Below, piece by piece: positions 7,621 to 16,521 of a DNA stretch of 51,993 nt. Numbering within the stretch: the stretch's first letter is position 1; each line of letters begins with the position of its first letter. Below the pieces are notes generated by a model. It saw only the letters and a program-made list of their open reading frames with translations, ran no database searches and was not told the origin of the DNA. This stretch comes from a virus. Its lineage: Duplodnaviria > Caudoviricetes. The position numbers and the translations under genes are program-made. Where the stretch lies: positions 1 through 51,993 of IMG/VR virus record IMGVR_UViG_3300024265_000007; one strand, given 5' to 3'.

Positions 7621-7986
7621 ATGAAACGTAAACGCAAGAATGGTGAGCAGGCTTTTAGTGGTTGGGTAAAAGATGGGATATATGATAGGTACAAAAAAGA
7701 ACAAAAGATATTCAGCGATGGGTTCGAGGCGACAAGCACAGACGAAAAGGTGCGAGGTTGCGCTGCTATATTTGGGGGACTCACAGGCGCATTTATTATG
7801 CTATGGGTATGTTGTGGGCTTACATTTAGTATGATGTTTGGTTTCAGCAGTTGGATACCAACCATGTTATATTGTGGTGCTTACGTATTAGTATGTACCT
7901 ATGTCGTCAGGCTCTTTATTGGTTGGCTGTACGGGCGATATATTGATGCAATTGATGATACCGAAACCGGCGAAAGCGTGATATAA
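7621..7986 (+). CDS. Membrane protein with basic N-terminus
   Basis: MKRKRKN plus two TM helices; GGAG RBS. Confidence 0.65.
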   Translation: MKRKRKNGEQAFSGWVKDGIYDRYKKEQKIFSDGFEATSTDEKVRGCAAIFGGLTGAFIMLWVCCGLTFSMMFGFSSWIPTMLYCGAYVLVCTYVVRLFIGWLYGRYIDAIDDTETGESVI

Positions 7987-8105
7987 TCAGGGTAGGTTCA
8001 ACAATACAAAAAGCGGCAACCGCGAAGTTGCCGCTTAGGAGGATGTGATGTTTTACCTGTTACTGATAACATAATAGCATAGATTGTGCAGGGAAGGAAT
8101 GTATT

Positions 8106-8351
8106 ATGTCAAAAGATAGACCACTATACGAAATGTTCGCAGCCGCGCTGGATTCGATTCATGTAGATAGGCCGGGTGTGTGTAGCACTTGCCAATCCAA
8201 GTTAGATGAAAACGGTGATTGCAAACGGCATTTTTGCCAAGACTCTGATTACTCTTGGCAAAAATGCTCACAATGCGGTTTTGATGAATGGTTGAATATT
8301 TATCGTGATGACATGTGCAAAAGATGCCGCAATAGATTAGGGAAGGAATGA
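8106..8351 (+). CDS. Cys-rich hypothetical protein
   Basis: Several CxxC pairs; AAGGA RBS. Confidence 0.6.
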   Translation: MSKDRPLYEMFAAALDSIHVDRPGVCSTCQSKLDENGDCKRHFCQDSDYSWQKCSQCGFDEWLNIYRDDMCKRCRNRLGKE

Positions 8352-8354
8352 GTA

Positions 8355-8909
8355 ATGGATGACAAGATACTTTACATCTATATGCTGGTTGATCCACGTA
8401 ATGATTTGCCGTTTTACGTTGGGAGGCCGGTTGACCCAAAGCGGAGACGTAAGGAACATATACAGGATGGTAAGCAGAAGAATACTACACATCGCAAATT
8501 GGAGCAGGGGAGTAAGTGCTGTTTTATTTCTTCTATATTATCCGATGGGTTACAGCCCGAAATAGTTATTTTGGATTCGTGCCAGATCAATGATAGTATG
8601 CGTTCTAATTTCAAGGCGATGAATTTCTGGGAACACTTGTGGGCTTCTCTGGTATTAAGTCCCAGGACTGATGTCTTTAGTATTTATTCTATCCCTATCA
8701 TCCCGGAGAAAACTATAAAGTCGTATATAGCCAATGTTAAACATGCTCTTGAAATCGGTGGTTATGCAAGATACATCAGCCTGGCCCCTAGAAAAAAGGG
8801 GCGTATGTGTTCTAGGGATATAACCAAAGCCGAGAGGAAGCGCCTGGATAAACAAATGAAAGAATTCGCAGAACTAATAGGGATTGGATGGCTTATAAAT
8901 GACCTATAA
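8355..8909 (+). CDS. GIY-YIG-like nuclease domain protein
   Basis: YIYMLVDPR...FYVG...PKRRRKEH N-terminal signature. Confidence 0.7.
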   Translation: MDDKILYIYMLVDPRNDLPFYVGRPVDPKRRRKEHIQDGKQKNTTHRKLEQGSKCCFISSILSDGLQPEIVILDSCQINDSMRSNFKAMNFWEHLWASLVLSPRTDVFSIYSIPIIPEKTIKSYIANVKHALEIGGYARYISLAPRKKGRMCSRDITKAERKRLDKQMKEFAELIGIGWLINDL

Positions 8910-9558
8910 CCCGCTCACACGGATACCAGTAATCACCAAGGCAATATTGGATGCACAGCCCTTAGACAAACATGTTGAACAACTTAACCATCTGGAAGGG
9001 TTGACTTTTATGGCCCAGAAAATCGGTGCAACGCTAGAAGCCAAGAATGATATTGGCGACGCATTGGTTCGTATCTGCCGTAATGCCGGGCAACGGTTCA
9101 TTATTGACTTTCCACGCGGAGGGGATGGCAGTAATCAGTATACCAAAAAAGAGCAATCCATATCCAAAAAACGATTAGCTAAATGCGGGTTCAACGATTG
9201 GCGGGCCAACGTCTGTCGGAAGATTGCAGCGTTGCCGGAAGACATATTCGAGGACTTGATATTGAATATCAGGTTGGGTGAACACAAAGAATATACTGAA
9301 ATCAATATGAGCAACTTCAGAAAAGCCGGAGAACTCCACATCATGCGAATGGCAGGCATCAACACAGACCGGCCAGTACCGCAAAGCAAGGAAGTCGATA
9401 TTGATATTGAACTTGCGCGGCATATGTATTTGGCAGGGTTGGGCGTTAGTATCGCCGAGTACCAGTCGCAGCACTCATGGGAAATTGACGCAACTGAGCA
9501 GGAGATACAAGACGCAATCGAAGAATACAAAGCAACCAAACGGGAGAAAAGCAAATGA
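8899..9558 (+). CDS. Hypothetical protein (possible DNA-binding, RGGDGSNQY motif)
   Basis: Long ORF overlapping both neighbours. Confidence 0.65.
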   Translation: MTYNPLTRIPVITKAILDAQPLDKHVEQLNHLEGLTFMAQKIGATLEAKNDIGDALVRICRNAGQRFIIDFPRGGDGSNQYTKKEQSISKKRLAKCGFNDWRANVCRKIAALPEDIFEDLILNIRLGEHKEYTEINMSNFRKAGELHIMRMAGINTDRPVPQSKEVDIDIELARHMYLAGLGVSIAEYQSQHSWEIDATEQEIQDAIEEYKATKREKSK

Positions 9559-9734
9559 CTGAATCAGAAAAGATGTTGGCAAAACTAGTACATGAAGCAA
9601 CTTGTGACGTGCTGATGGCATATATCCCCGCTACGGTATATCACCAAATCGTAGAGGCTGATTTGTTACGGCAAGCGGTGATAGAAGCAATCGAAGAATA
9701 CAAAGCGCAGCAAGCGCGGAAGGGTAATGAGTGA
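9555..9734 (+). CDS. Small hypothetical protein (59 aa, below the track cutoff)
   Basis: MTESEKMLAK...AIEEYKAQQARKGNE; ATGA overlap upstream; GGAG RBS. Confidence 0.55.
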   Translation: MTESEKMLAKLVHEATCDVLMAYIPATVYHQIVEADLLRQAVIEAIEEYKAQQARKGNE

Positions 9735-10072
9735 TGAGAACTATAATAACGTTATCGGAATTGGAAGAGTGGTATCCACATATTGACACAGCCATTGTAT
9801 CTCATTGGCTTCCTGCCGAATCCGATCATGAAGATTTGAAATATCGCAGCGTCAAGACTATCTTCATAAACTGTAAGACAATACCAAGCCCTATGGTATT
9901 ATGCGAGTCCCTATCCCGCCCCACCTACCATAACAACAATGGTAGCAATGAGCTATATGAATACTTCAGTGTTAATGCCCCCGTAATAGTGCTGTTCAGT
10001 AACTACAGTACGACAATCAACAGGTTACTAATGGAGCGAACAATGAAAAAAATAAAGGACACCGCCCCATGA
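9731..10072 (+). CDS. Hypothetical protein
   Basis: Coupled ORF. Confidence 0.5.
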   Translation: MMRTIITLSELEEWYPHIDTAIVSHWLPAESDHEDLKYRSVKTIFINCKTIPSPMVLCESLSRPTYHNNNGSNELYEYFSVNAPVIVLFSNYSTTINRLLMERTMKKIKDTAP

Positions 10073-10241
10073 CCGACCATCAAATCAAAAGGTGGTATCA
10101 TGACCACATGCAATCGTTTTCATTGCCTCGAGGCGGAATACGAACCGTCACATTAAAATCAATGTGGTCTAAGTTGTGTGATGAACGGATAGCCATACTG
10201 ACGCGCTACCACGAACTCACAGAACAGGAGCAAGAACAATC

Positions 10242-10433
10242 ATGAACGTGTATGGCATCTGTGATATTTGCAAAATGGAATTGAATAGCCGTGATGAAAA
10301 AACCGCGCCGCCAGGAATATGCGAGGGTTGCTTCATACTTGAAATGAATGAAGACTACGGCAGGCATCCAGACGATTACAAACATATGACCATACGCGAA
10401 TTGTGGTTAAGAGAAAAGGACACAACATCATGA
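10242..10433 (+). CDS. Small zinc-ribbon protein
   Basis: CDIC...CEGC; AGGAG RBS. Confidence 0.55.
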   Translation: MNVYGICDICKMELNSRDEKTAPPGICEGCFILEMNEDYGRHPDDYKHMTIRELWLREKDTTS

Positions 10434-10449
10434 GCGACAACATTGCCTA

Positions 10450-10616
10450 TTTACATCTCAGGCGGTGTGGGTTATAATCAAGACAGACTAACAAATGCGG
10501 ACTTACAGCCGCTAATAACCGACACAGTACCAAACCCTTTTCCGGGGTGGCTATAGTGGGCACAATTGTGTCTGCCGCCTGTAAGCGCTATAGCCTCACC
10601 GGAAGTGGGTTTTTTT
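10450..10616 (+). promoter_or_regulatory. Promoter plus structured attenuator-like leader of the replication operon
   Basis: TTTACA-17-TATAAT (10450-10478); long hairpin 10532-10556/10588-10612 followed by a T run; alternative pairings 10502-10508/10579-10585 and 10521-10528/10565-10572. Confidence 0.6.
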
Positions 10617-10633
10617 GTTATCTAGGAGGATAT

Positions 10634-10987
10634 ATGTATAAGCGCAACGACAATCTTTACATAATGTTAAAAGAATACAGATGGGACAAAGAACCGCATA
10701 GGCGTTATCATGAACCTAAGTGCTTTACTGAGTCGGCGCGGTGGCTAATATTAGGCTATTATAAAGCCAATGAACAAGTCTATTATGCTCCTCACAAGTG
10801 GTTTTTCCATCAGCACAATTCAGGGTTGTATTCTGTTGTGTTCGCCGATGATGTAATGAACATTAGGGTATCCGTAAAACGAGCAACCGTAAAACAAGCC
10901 TACATCGAATTGAATAGCCTTGTTAGACGTGTCTATAGACGAGCAGGGGAAAGTAAAGACAGTGAACGAAAGGGTACAAGATCATGA
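10634..10987 (+). CDS. Hypothetical protein
   Basis: AGGAGG RBS before ATG 10634. Confidence 0.6.
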   Translation: MYKRNDNLYIMLKEYRWDKEPHRRYHEPKCFTESARWLILGYYKANEQVYYAPHKWFFHQHNSGLYSVVFADDVMNIRVSVKRATVKQAYIELNSLVRRVYRRAGESKDSERKGTRS

Positions 10988-13212
10988 CCATCACGACAAT
11001 CAATTGGAATTTTCGCAATGATCTACACTTGGTAAAGGGCGCTGCACTCCATGTCCTACTATCACTTATCACACATGCTAACGGCAATATGCGAGCATGG
11101 CCAAGCATCAAAAAACTAGTACGTGAAACAGGCTATAGCAATAAGCCAATTGTCGAAGGGATACAACAGCTAGAAAGAATATCAGCCATTGTGAAAGTGC
11201 CATATAATAAACGCATGGAATTGGAGAAGCCGCTCCACAAACGTAAGGCAGTATATCAGTTGACCGGGATGTACTCTTTTGGTGACGTAAAAGGCGAATA
11301 TCTATTGCTCGATGCGCTGCCACCGGAGTCAATCGAAAGCCTATTGTCCACATTGAAATCACTCTCTTTTAATCCACCAAGCGGTAAAAGTGTAGTATGT
11401 GAAATTTTACAATCTAAAATTTTAGAATCTACACACGAAGGTAGTACAGTAGTTAAAGGTGGTACAAAAAAGAAAAGTATTTTTACCGACAACCAAAAAG
11501 CAGTTGTCGGTAACACGCCCGGTGATGAACAAGTTATCCATACCGATTGCGTCCATTATGATGATGGATGCAAATGCACTCAGACAGGGTTTGATTTTCT
11601 CGGCGACTGCAATGGATGTAACGGATATCACAAAACGCCCGGTGATGATGTGGATGGCCGCAGAGTCTATTGCTTACATCATGGTCGTCAGGACAATACC
11701 TGTATATTGGGGAAACCTAGCAAAGCGTATTGTTCTGATTGCCCTGGCTACGAACCATTGGCCAATGGCAACGAAGACCATGATAGAAGTCATTGGCAGC
11801 AATACACACACACACCGACTATGGGAGAATTGTATTGCAGTAAATGCCAATCCTTAATCGGTGATATGAGAACGTCAGGGACATATTATCAAGAGAATGA
11901 GATATCTATGTTCCGTCTTTGCCCCGGTTGCTGGGTTGACACTGGCGGCGAATTACCCAAACGGACTACGTTGGGAGCTGAAATCGACATGGACAGCCCG
12001 CTAACCGCCGACGAATTGCAGCACGCGGCGGACTTGAGTTTCGAGTACGGCAATGTCATCGACAATATAAAAGTACCTACTATCATGATTGATAATGGCA
12101 TCAAGTACATGGCAGACCGAACACAGCATGGCGATATTATGCAGTTGATGATTATCTGCGGTTGTGACTGTGGATTGCTCAAAGAACATGACGTTCACAC
12201 ATTGTATTCTATTGATGGCAAAGGCAGCACTGAGAATATCATGGTGTGCCTGTCGTGCGGACACATCACCTATGGACGTGAGCATAGCAGTATGGAAAAA
12301 GAGCAACAGTTGACATCGAAGCAGGCGGCGGTGTTGGAATACATGAGATTAGTGGCCCGAAAATCTGATGACACCTTTTTCGATGCGTATAAAAACGAAT
12401 GGTACGATTTAGAACGCACTTTTGAATATGTGGAATATAGCGCAACAGGTGGGAGCCGTAGGTTGACAACTACTGGCCGCGCCGCCCTGCAAAAGTATCA
12501 GGATGCACAAGTGAAGCCCCCGTGCCCGAAGTGCTCATGTATTGGTGACTTGGTTGTGACGTGTTGTGACGAATGTTTCGACTCGAAACAAACGAAAAGT
12601 TCCGAGCCGGAACAATTGGAGCATGTGGGCGCATTGTGCGAAGTAGTAGACGATAGCCCATTACATAACGTGTCGAAACATTTGCCCAAAGCCAAAGCGA
12701 AGAAACCGCGCAAGGCGAAAGCGAAGCCAAAATGTACCAAGTGTGACAAGCCTCGCAAGATTGTAGAAAACGGCATGTGCTGGGAATGCAACGGCTATCC
12801 TGACCGGGCGGCGATGATTGACATTATCTATTATAGGATTGGATGGCCGCAAACCAAAACCATGTACAAGGCGGTCAACATGAAAGTCGCAACCGCCCTG
12901 GCCGAATGGGGCGTAACACTCAAGAACCTAGACCGCTATGTCGATGAGATGGTAGTTGTATCGAAGGCACAAGGGTGGTCACTGACCATGAACGCGCTAT
13001 CCAATGAGAGCAGATTCTTGAACTGGCTTGTTGAAGACAAACAAATGAATTGGGGTGATGATACTCCGCCTTGCACCGAACCTCTGCCTGAAGTGCCAGG
13101 TTCTTTATCTGGCACTCAGATCGTGAAATTAAGCGAAAAAGAGTTGTCCGAATTAGAAGAATTAGAAGAGCGTGCGCGTAAGCATCTTACTGAACTTCCA
13201 AAGGTAGAATGA
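10984..13212 (+). CDS. Replication initiator-like protein (N-terminal winged HTH, many Cys-rich modules)
   Basis: AWPSIKKLVRETGYS...IQQLE HTH; directly upstream of DnaB; internal AT-rich tandem repeats. Confidence 0.75.
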   Translation: MTITTINWNFRNDLHLVKGAALHVLLSLITHANGNMRAWPSIKKLVRETGYSNKPIVEGIQQLERISAIVKVPYNKRMELEKPLHKRKAVYQLTGMYSFGDVKGEYLLLDALPPESIESLLSTLKSLSFNPPSGKSVVCEILQSKILESTHEGSTVVKGGTKKKSIFTDNQKAVVGNTPGDEQVIHTDCVHYDDGCKCTQTGFDFLGDCNGCNGYHKTPGDDVDGRRVYCLHHGRQDNTCILGKPSKAYCSDCPGYEPLANGNEDHDRSHWQQYTHTPTMGELYCSKCQSLIGDMRTSGTYYQENEISMFRLCPGCWVDTGGELPKRTTLGAEIDMDSPLTADELQHAADLSFEYGNVIDNIKVPTIMIDNGIKYMADRTQHGDIMQLMIICGCDCGLLKEHDVHTLYSIDGKGSTENIMVCLSCGHITYGREHSSMEKEQQLTSKQAAVLEYMRLVARKSDDTFFDAYKNEWYDLERTFEYVEYSATGGSRRLTTTGRAALQKYQDAQVKPPCPKCSCIGDLVVTCCDECFDSKQTKSSEPEQLEHVGALCEVVDDSPLHNVSKHLPKAKAKKPRKAKAKPKCTKCDKPRKIVENGMCWECNGYPDRAAMIDIIYYRIGWPQTKTMYKAVNMKVATALAEWGVTLKNLDRYVDEMVVVSKAQGWSLTMNALSNESRFLNWLVEDKQMNWGDDTPPCTEPLPEVPGSLSGTQIVKLSEKELSELEELEERARKHLTELPKVE
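11402..11466. repeat. Iteron-like repeats (candidate origin) inside the initiator gene
   Basis: AAATTTTACAATCTA/AAATTTTAGAATCTA tandem (11402-11431); AAGGTAGTACA/AAGGTGGTACA (11438-11448, 11456-11466). Confidence 0.45.
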
Positions 13213-14573
13213 TGACTAACCAACCAAAGCAATGCCAAAAGCAGAAGCCCAGCCAAAGCAATATCACATTGTTGGAGATGCCCTCCGATAATCTTTGGAG
13301 CGAAGAAGTGGAACAGGCTTGTATCGGGTCTGTGCTGATAGGCCCGGAATCTTATTACATGGTAGCACGGTTGGTTGCCGACGGACAGGCATTCTATCTT
13401 TTGCGTCACCAATGGATATGGAAAGCGATTAAACATCTTGTTGGCAACGAGATGGCAGTTGATATGGTGACTATCTCGCATCAACTAGAGTCCACAGGGC
13501 AACTTGGAGACATTGGCGGGCCGCTATACCTTACACAACTTTCCACCAACACCCCGACATCAGTCCACGCCGAAACTTACGCCCGGATGGTACAGCGCCT
13601 TTACACCAAACGCCAGATGATTGCACTGGGTAACGATATAAAAGGCGCTATGGATACTGAGGATAGTATGGAACGCATCTTGGCACGGGTGCAGAGTAAG
13701 ATTGACAACACAATGGACATCCTCAGCCAACAGGTCATAATGACAATGGCCGATCATAACCATGACCATTTTGACGCTTCTGAAAAAGCCCGCGAGAAGG
13801 GCGAAATACTGCGCGGTGTTCCGACAGGTATCCCGGCAATAACTGAACTGATAGAAGCCCTTTTCCCGGCGACTTATGTTGTGGGTGCGCGGGTGCATGA
13901 GGGTAAAACCATCACATTAACAACCATGGCCTTGAATGCAGTGTTGGAAGACTTTAGCGTGGCGTTTTTCAACTGCGCCGATGGCGACTTGCAGACCGTC
14001 CTCAATACATTTTACGGCATGGAAAGCGGATTGCCGCCAGCAATGATAGAGCGCCGTACCTGGAACGATGCTCAGTATCAAAAGTATATGGATTGCCTGG
14101 GACGCATGAACAAGTTGAAATTATTCATTACCCATAAGAACGGAATCACGCCGCGTGATATTTGGGCGCAAGCGCAGATTATCCAGAGGTCACATGGATT
14201 GGATATGATAATTATTGATTACATCCAAGAAATGGGTATTGACCCCGATGTGCGTGTTCGCAATGAACGTGAGAAGTTGATGTATATCTCAAAAGCATTG
14301 AAGGACATTCGTAAAAAGTTCAATATCCCGGTAGTCTACGGGGCACAGATAAGATTGGACGGCAACGATGATAAGCCACCTCGAATTGAGAACGCTCAGG
14401 AATCGCGCAACATTATCCAGAATGCTGATGTGGGTATTGCTCTATGGCACAAGATCAAACACATGCCAGAATTGGTGATTAGTGTGCAGAAGAATAAAAA
14501 AGGCAATCATATGAAGGGACAGCGCAAGGTCGGCTTTAGCAGTGTCACCGGACGGCTTAATTCAAAATTGTAA
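13209..14573 (+). CDS. dnaB: DnaB-like replicative helicase
   Basis: N-domain EEVEQACIGSVL...IGGPLYLTQL; GVPTG; Walker A GARVHEGKT; IIIDYIQ; ESRNIIQNAD. Confidence 0.9.
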   Translation: MMTNQPKQCQKQKPSQSNITLLEMPSDNLWSEEVEQACIGSVLIGPESYYMVARLVADGQAFYLLRHQWIWKAIKHLVGNEMAVDMVTISHQLESTGQLGDIGGPLYLTQLSTNTPTSVHAETYARMVQRLYTKRQMIALGNDIKGAMDTEDSMERILARVQSKIDNTMDILSQQVIMTMADHNHDHFDASEKAREKGEILRGVPTGIPAITELIEALFPATYVVGARVHEGKTITLTTMALNAVLEDFSVAFFNCADGDLQTVLNTFYGMESGLPPAMIERRTWNDAQYQKYMDCLGRMNKLKLFITHKNGITPRDIWAQAQIIQRSHGLDMIIIDYIQEMGIDPDVRVRNEREKLMYISKALKDIRKKFNIPVVYGAQIRLDGNDDKPPRIENAQESRNIIQNADVGIALWHKIKHMPELVISVQKNKKGNHMKGQRKVGFSSVTGRLNSKL

Positions 14574-14597
14574 ATTTAGCATGGGGAGAATAAACCA

Positions 14598-14825
14598 ATG
14601 ACAACAAACGAAACACTACGGGAATATATCGGTTACTTGGAAACGGTAATCGGAATGCAAAAAGAGGAGTTAGCGCAAGTGTATGAATTTTGCGATGACT
14701 GGATAGACGACGGGCAAGCGGAGACATTGGGCGATATTTGTACTCGTCACGATACCTATAAATTAGATGAACATTTCGCGGAGGTAATCGCAGAAGTGGC
14801 AAAAATGAAGGACGGTGCAAAATGA
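14598..14825 (+). CDS. Small hypothetical protein (MTTNETL family)
   Basis: GGAG RBS; same N-terminus as the next gene. Confidence 0.65.
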   Translation: MTTNETLREYIGYLETVIGMQKEELAQVYEFCDDWIDDGQAETLGDICTRHDTYKLDEHFAEVIAEVAKMKDGAK

Positions 14826-15097
14826 CAACAAACGAAACACTACAAGAATTGAACGCAACGCAGAACGCAGTGGAAGATTTGCTCAAAGAACTGGCGGCAG
14901 AACGCAAGTTCCGTGATGAGTTTGAGGCATGGCTTGATGACGATTATAAAGGGACTTCAGATTGCCCCGATACATACCCCGGCAGTTATGGCGGCGGTAT
15001 GCTAAGTCAAGCAAGAAGCACTATCCATAAATATAACGAACTCAAAGCGCAAATTTTAGGCAAGTCAGAGAGGGCAGCCAATGAGTTATCCGAATAG
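14822..15097 (+). CDS. Small hypothetical protein (MTTNETL family)
   Basis: ATGA overlap; C-terminus resembles the next gene. Confidence 0.65.
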   Translation: MTTNETLQELNATQNAVEDLLKELAAERKFRDEFEAWLDDDYKGTSDCPDTYPGSYGGGMLSQARSTIHKYNELKAQILGKSERAANELSE

Positions 15098-15368
15098 CAT
15101 AGCAGGCATAACGCCAGGTGATTACTACGACCCAGGAGGAAAGATGTTGGAAGAAATGGAACGCCTACAAGCAGAAAACGAAAAACAAGCCGCCTTCATA
15201 GCAGCGTTTGAGGAGCATTTAGAAACTGAGAAAAGCGCTGCCAAAGCATACGCACGCAGGAACAAGCACGAGATAGGCAGTGCAGACGAGTGGCACGTTA
15301 TGACCAATCTCAGCATAAAACACAACGAACTCAAAGCCGAACACCTGGAAGCGAAGGTGGCGAAATGA
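15081..15368 (+). CDS. Small coiled-coil hypothetical protein
   Basis: Overlapping ORF; KHNELKA motif. Confidence 0.6.
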   Translation: MSYPNSIAGITPGDYYDPGGKMLEEMERLQAENEKQAAFIAAFEEHLETEKSAAKAYARRNKHEIGSADEWHVMTNLSIKHNELKAEHLEAKVAK

Positions 15369-15586
15369 CAACAATTGAAGCACGCGACGAATATCAACAG
15401 CAGCAAATCAGCGAAAAGACGGCGGAGGTATCACGGTTGCAAGGTGTGGTACATGGAATGGTATTAGAGCGCGGGCAGCTATTGGGTGATACGAATCTAC
15501 TACGTGGGCAGATTGCTGACATGAATGTTAAGATTAGCGAGCTACAGGCGCGGTGTGGTAGTTGTGGGGTAAGAAGCCATGAATGA
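15365..15586 (+). CDS. Small coiled-coil hypothetical protein
   Basis: ATGA overlap at 15365. Confidence 0.55.
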   Translation: MTTIEARDEYQQQQISEKTAEVSRLQGVVHGMVLERGQLLGDTNLLRGQIADMNVKISELQARCGSCGVRSHE

Positions 15587-15797
15587 TGACAGAATAGACG
15601 TGACCCCAAAGCGGTGTTGTTATCTGTGTTGGCATTTAGTTGATAATGATGCTTCACAGTCTGAACAATGCCTCCGTGATTATGACGAGACCGAATTGGC
15701 TACCTATGATTACGAATGGGACAATCCTGACGATATGTTTGATTTAATTCGCAAATCATGTCCACGTTGGAAAACCAAAGAAGGGGCTGAGAAATGA
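15579..15797 (+). CDS. Small Cys-rich hypothetical protein
   Basis: CCYLCWH...CPRW. Confidence 0.55.
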   Translation: MNDDRIDVTPKRCCYLCWHLVDNDASQSEQCLRDYDETELATYDYEWDNPDDMFDLIRKSCPRWKTKEGAEK

Positions 15798-16030
15798 ATG
15801 ATAAATGTATTGATTGCGGCGCGGCTGAAGGTGCAACCCTGACATTCGATAATAATAGGCAGGTTCGTGTCAAGTTCGCAAAATCACGTTATGGGTTACT
15901 ATGCCAACGTTGCATACGAAATGCCTATGCACGCAAGACAACGAAAACCAAAGCGCAACGTCGCAAAATAGCAGAACATAAGCGCATGATTGAAGATACC
16001 GGGCAGATGAGCATGTTTGGTGATGAATGA
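15794..16030 (+). CDS. Small zinc-ribbon protein ending in a beta-clamp-like motif (GQMSMF)
   Basis: CIDC...CQRC; C-terminal QMSMF. Confidence 0.55.
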   Translation: MNDKCIDCGAAEGATLTFDNNRQVRVKFAKSRYGLLCQRCIRNAYARKTTKTKAQRRKIAEHKRMIEDTGQMSMFGDE

Positions 16031-16039
16031 TATTGGGGG

Positions 16040-16068
16040 TTGCAAATATTAAACCGCTATGATACAAT
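16040..16068 (+). promoter_or_regulatory. Sigma70-type promoter of the recombination operon
   Basis: TTGCAA-17-TACAAT with TG extension. Confidence 0.65.
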
Positions 16069-16097
16069 TCAAGTAGTGATATAAACAAGGATATGAT

Positions 16098-16310
16098 ATG
16101 GAAATAGACAAAAAGCAAACAATATTCACCGCACGACAGGTGGCAGAATTGGCGGGTGTATCTGTGCAAGCCATATACAAGGCATGGCACGCGGGCAAGT
16201 TCCCCACATCGGCCAAGTTTGATAAAACGTATATGTTGCGCCGTGCTGATGTATTGGCGTATTTGGAAGCTAGAAAACGAAACAGGAGACACAGTGATGA
16301 GATTTCGTAA
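16098..16310 (+). CDS. Excisionase/MerR-like helix-turn-helix protein
   Basis: FTARQVAELAGVSVQAIYK...GKFP..KF...YMLRRADV. Confidence 0.8.
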   Translation: MEIDKKQTIFTARQVAELAGVSVQAIYKAWHAGKFPTSAKFDKTYMLRRADVLAYLEARKRNRRHSDEIS

Positions 16311-16521
16311 TGTTACATTAACGGTAGTGGAGTGCAAGCAGGTTATAGATTTAGTCGATAACCAGTTGTCGCAATTGCAAGACGATTTGCGGCGCTACGA
16401 ACTTAGCCCGGCAGTTGATACCCCAGATTACTTGCAGCCTCGTATCGTTGCAATGCAGGCGATACAAATTAAGATGCGAGATGCAATCGAAGCCGCGACA
16501 ATTAGCATAGAGGTGGAGTGA
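16297..16521 (+). CDS. Hypothetical protein
   Basis: AGGAG RBS before MRFRNV. Confidence 0.55.
   Translation: MRFRNVTLTVVECKQVIDLVDNQLSQLQDDLRRYELSPAVDTPDYLQPRIVAMQAIQIKMRDAIEAATISIEVE

Noticed and set aside
14597-15400. CRISPR-like or DGR repeats
   Set aside because: Only two or three short copies at gene starts with gene-sized spacing; no regular repeat-spacer array or reverse transcriptase was seen anywhere.
16098-16310. Integration module implied by the excisionase-like gene
   Set aside because: No integrase or att-like context recognised; this HTH family also includes ordinary regulators.
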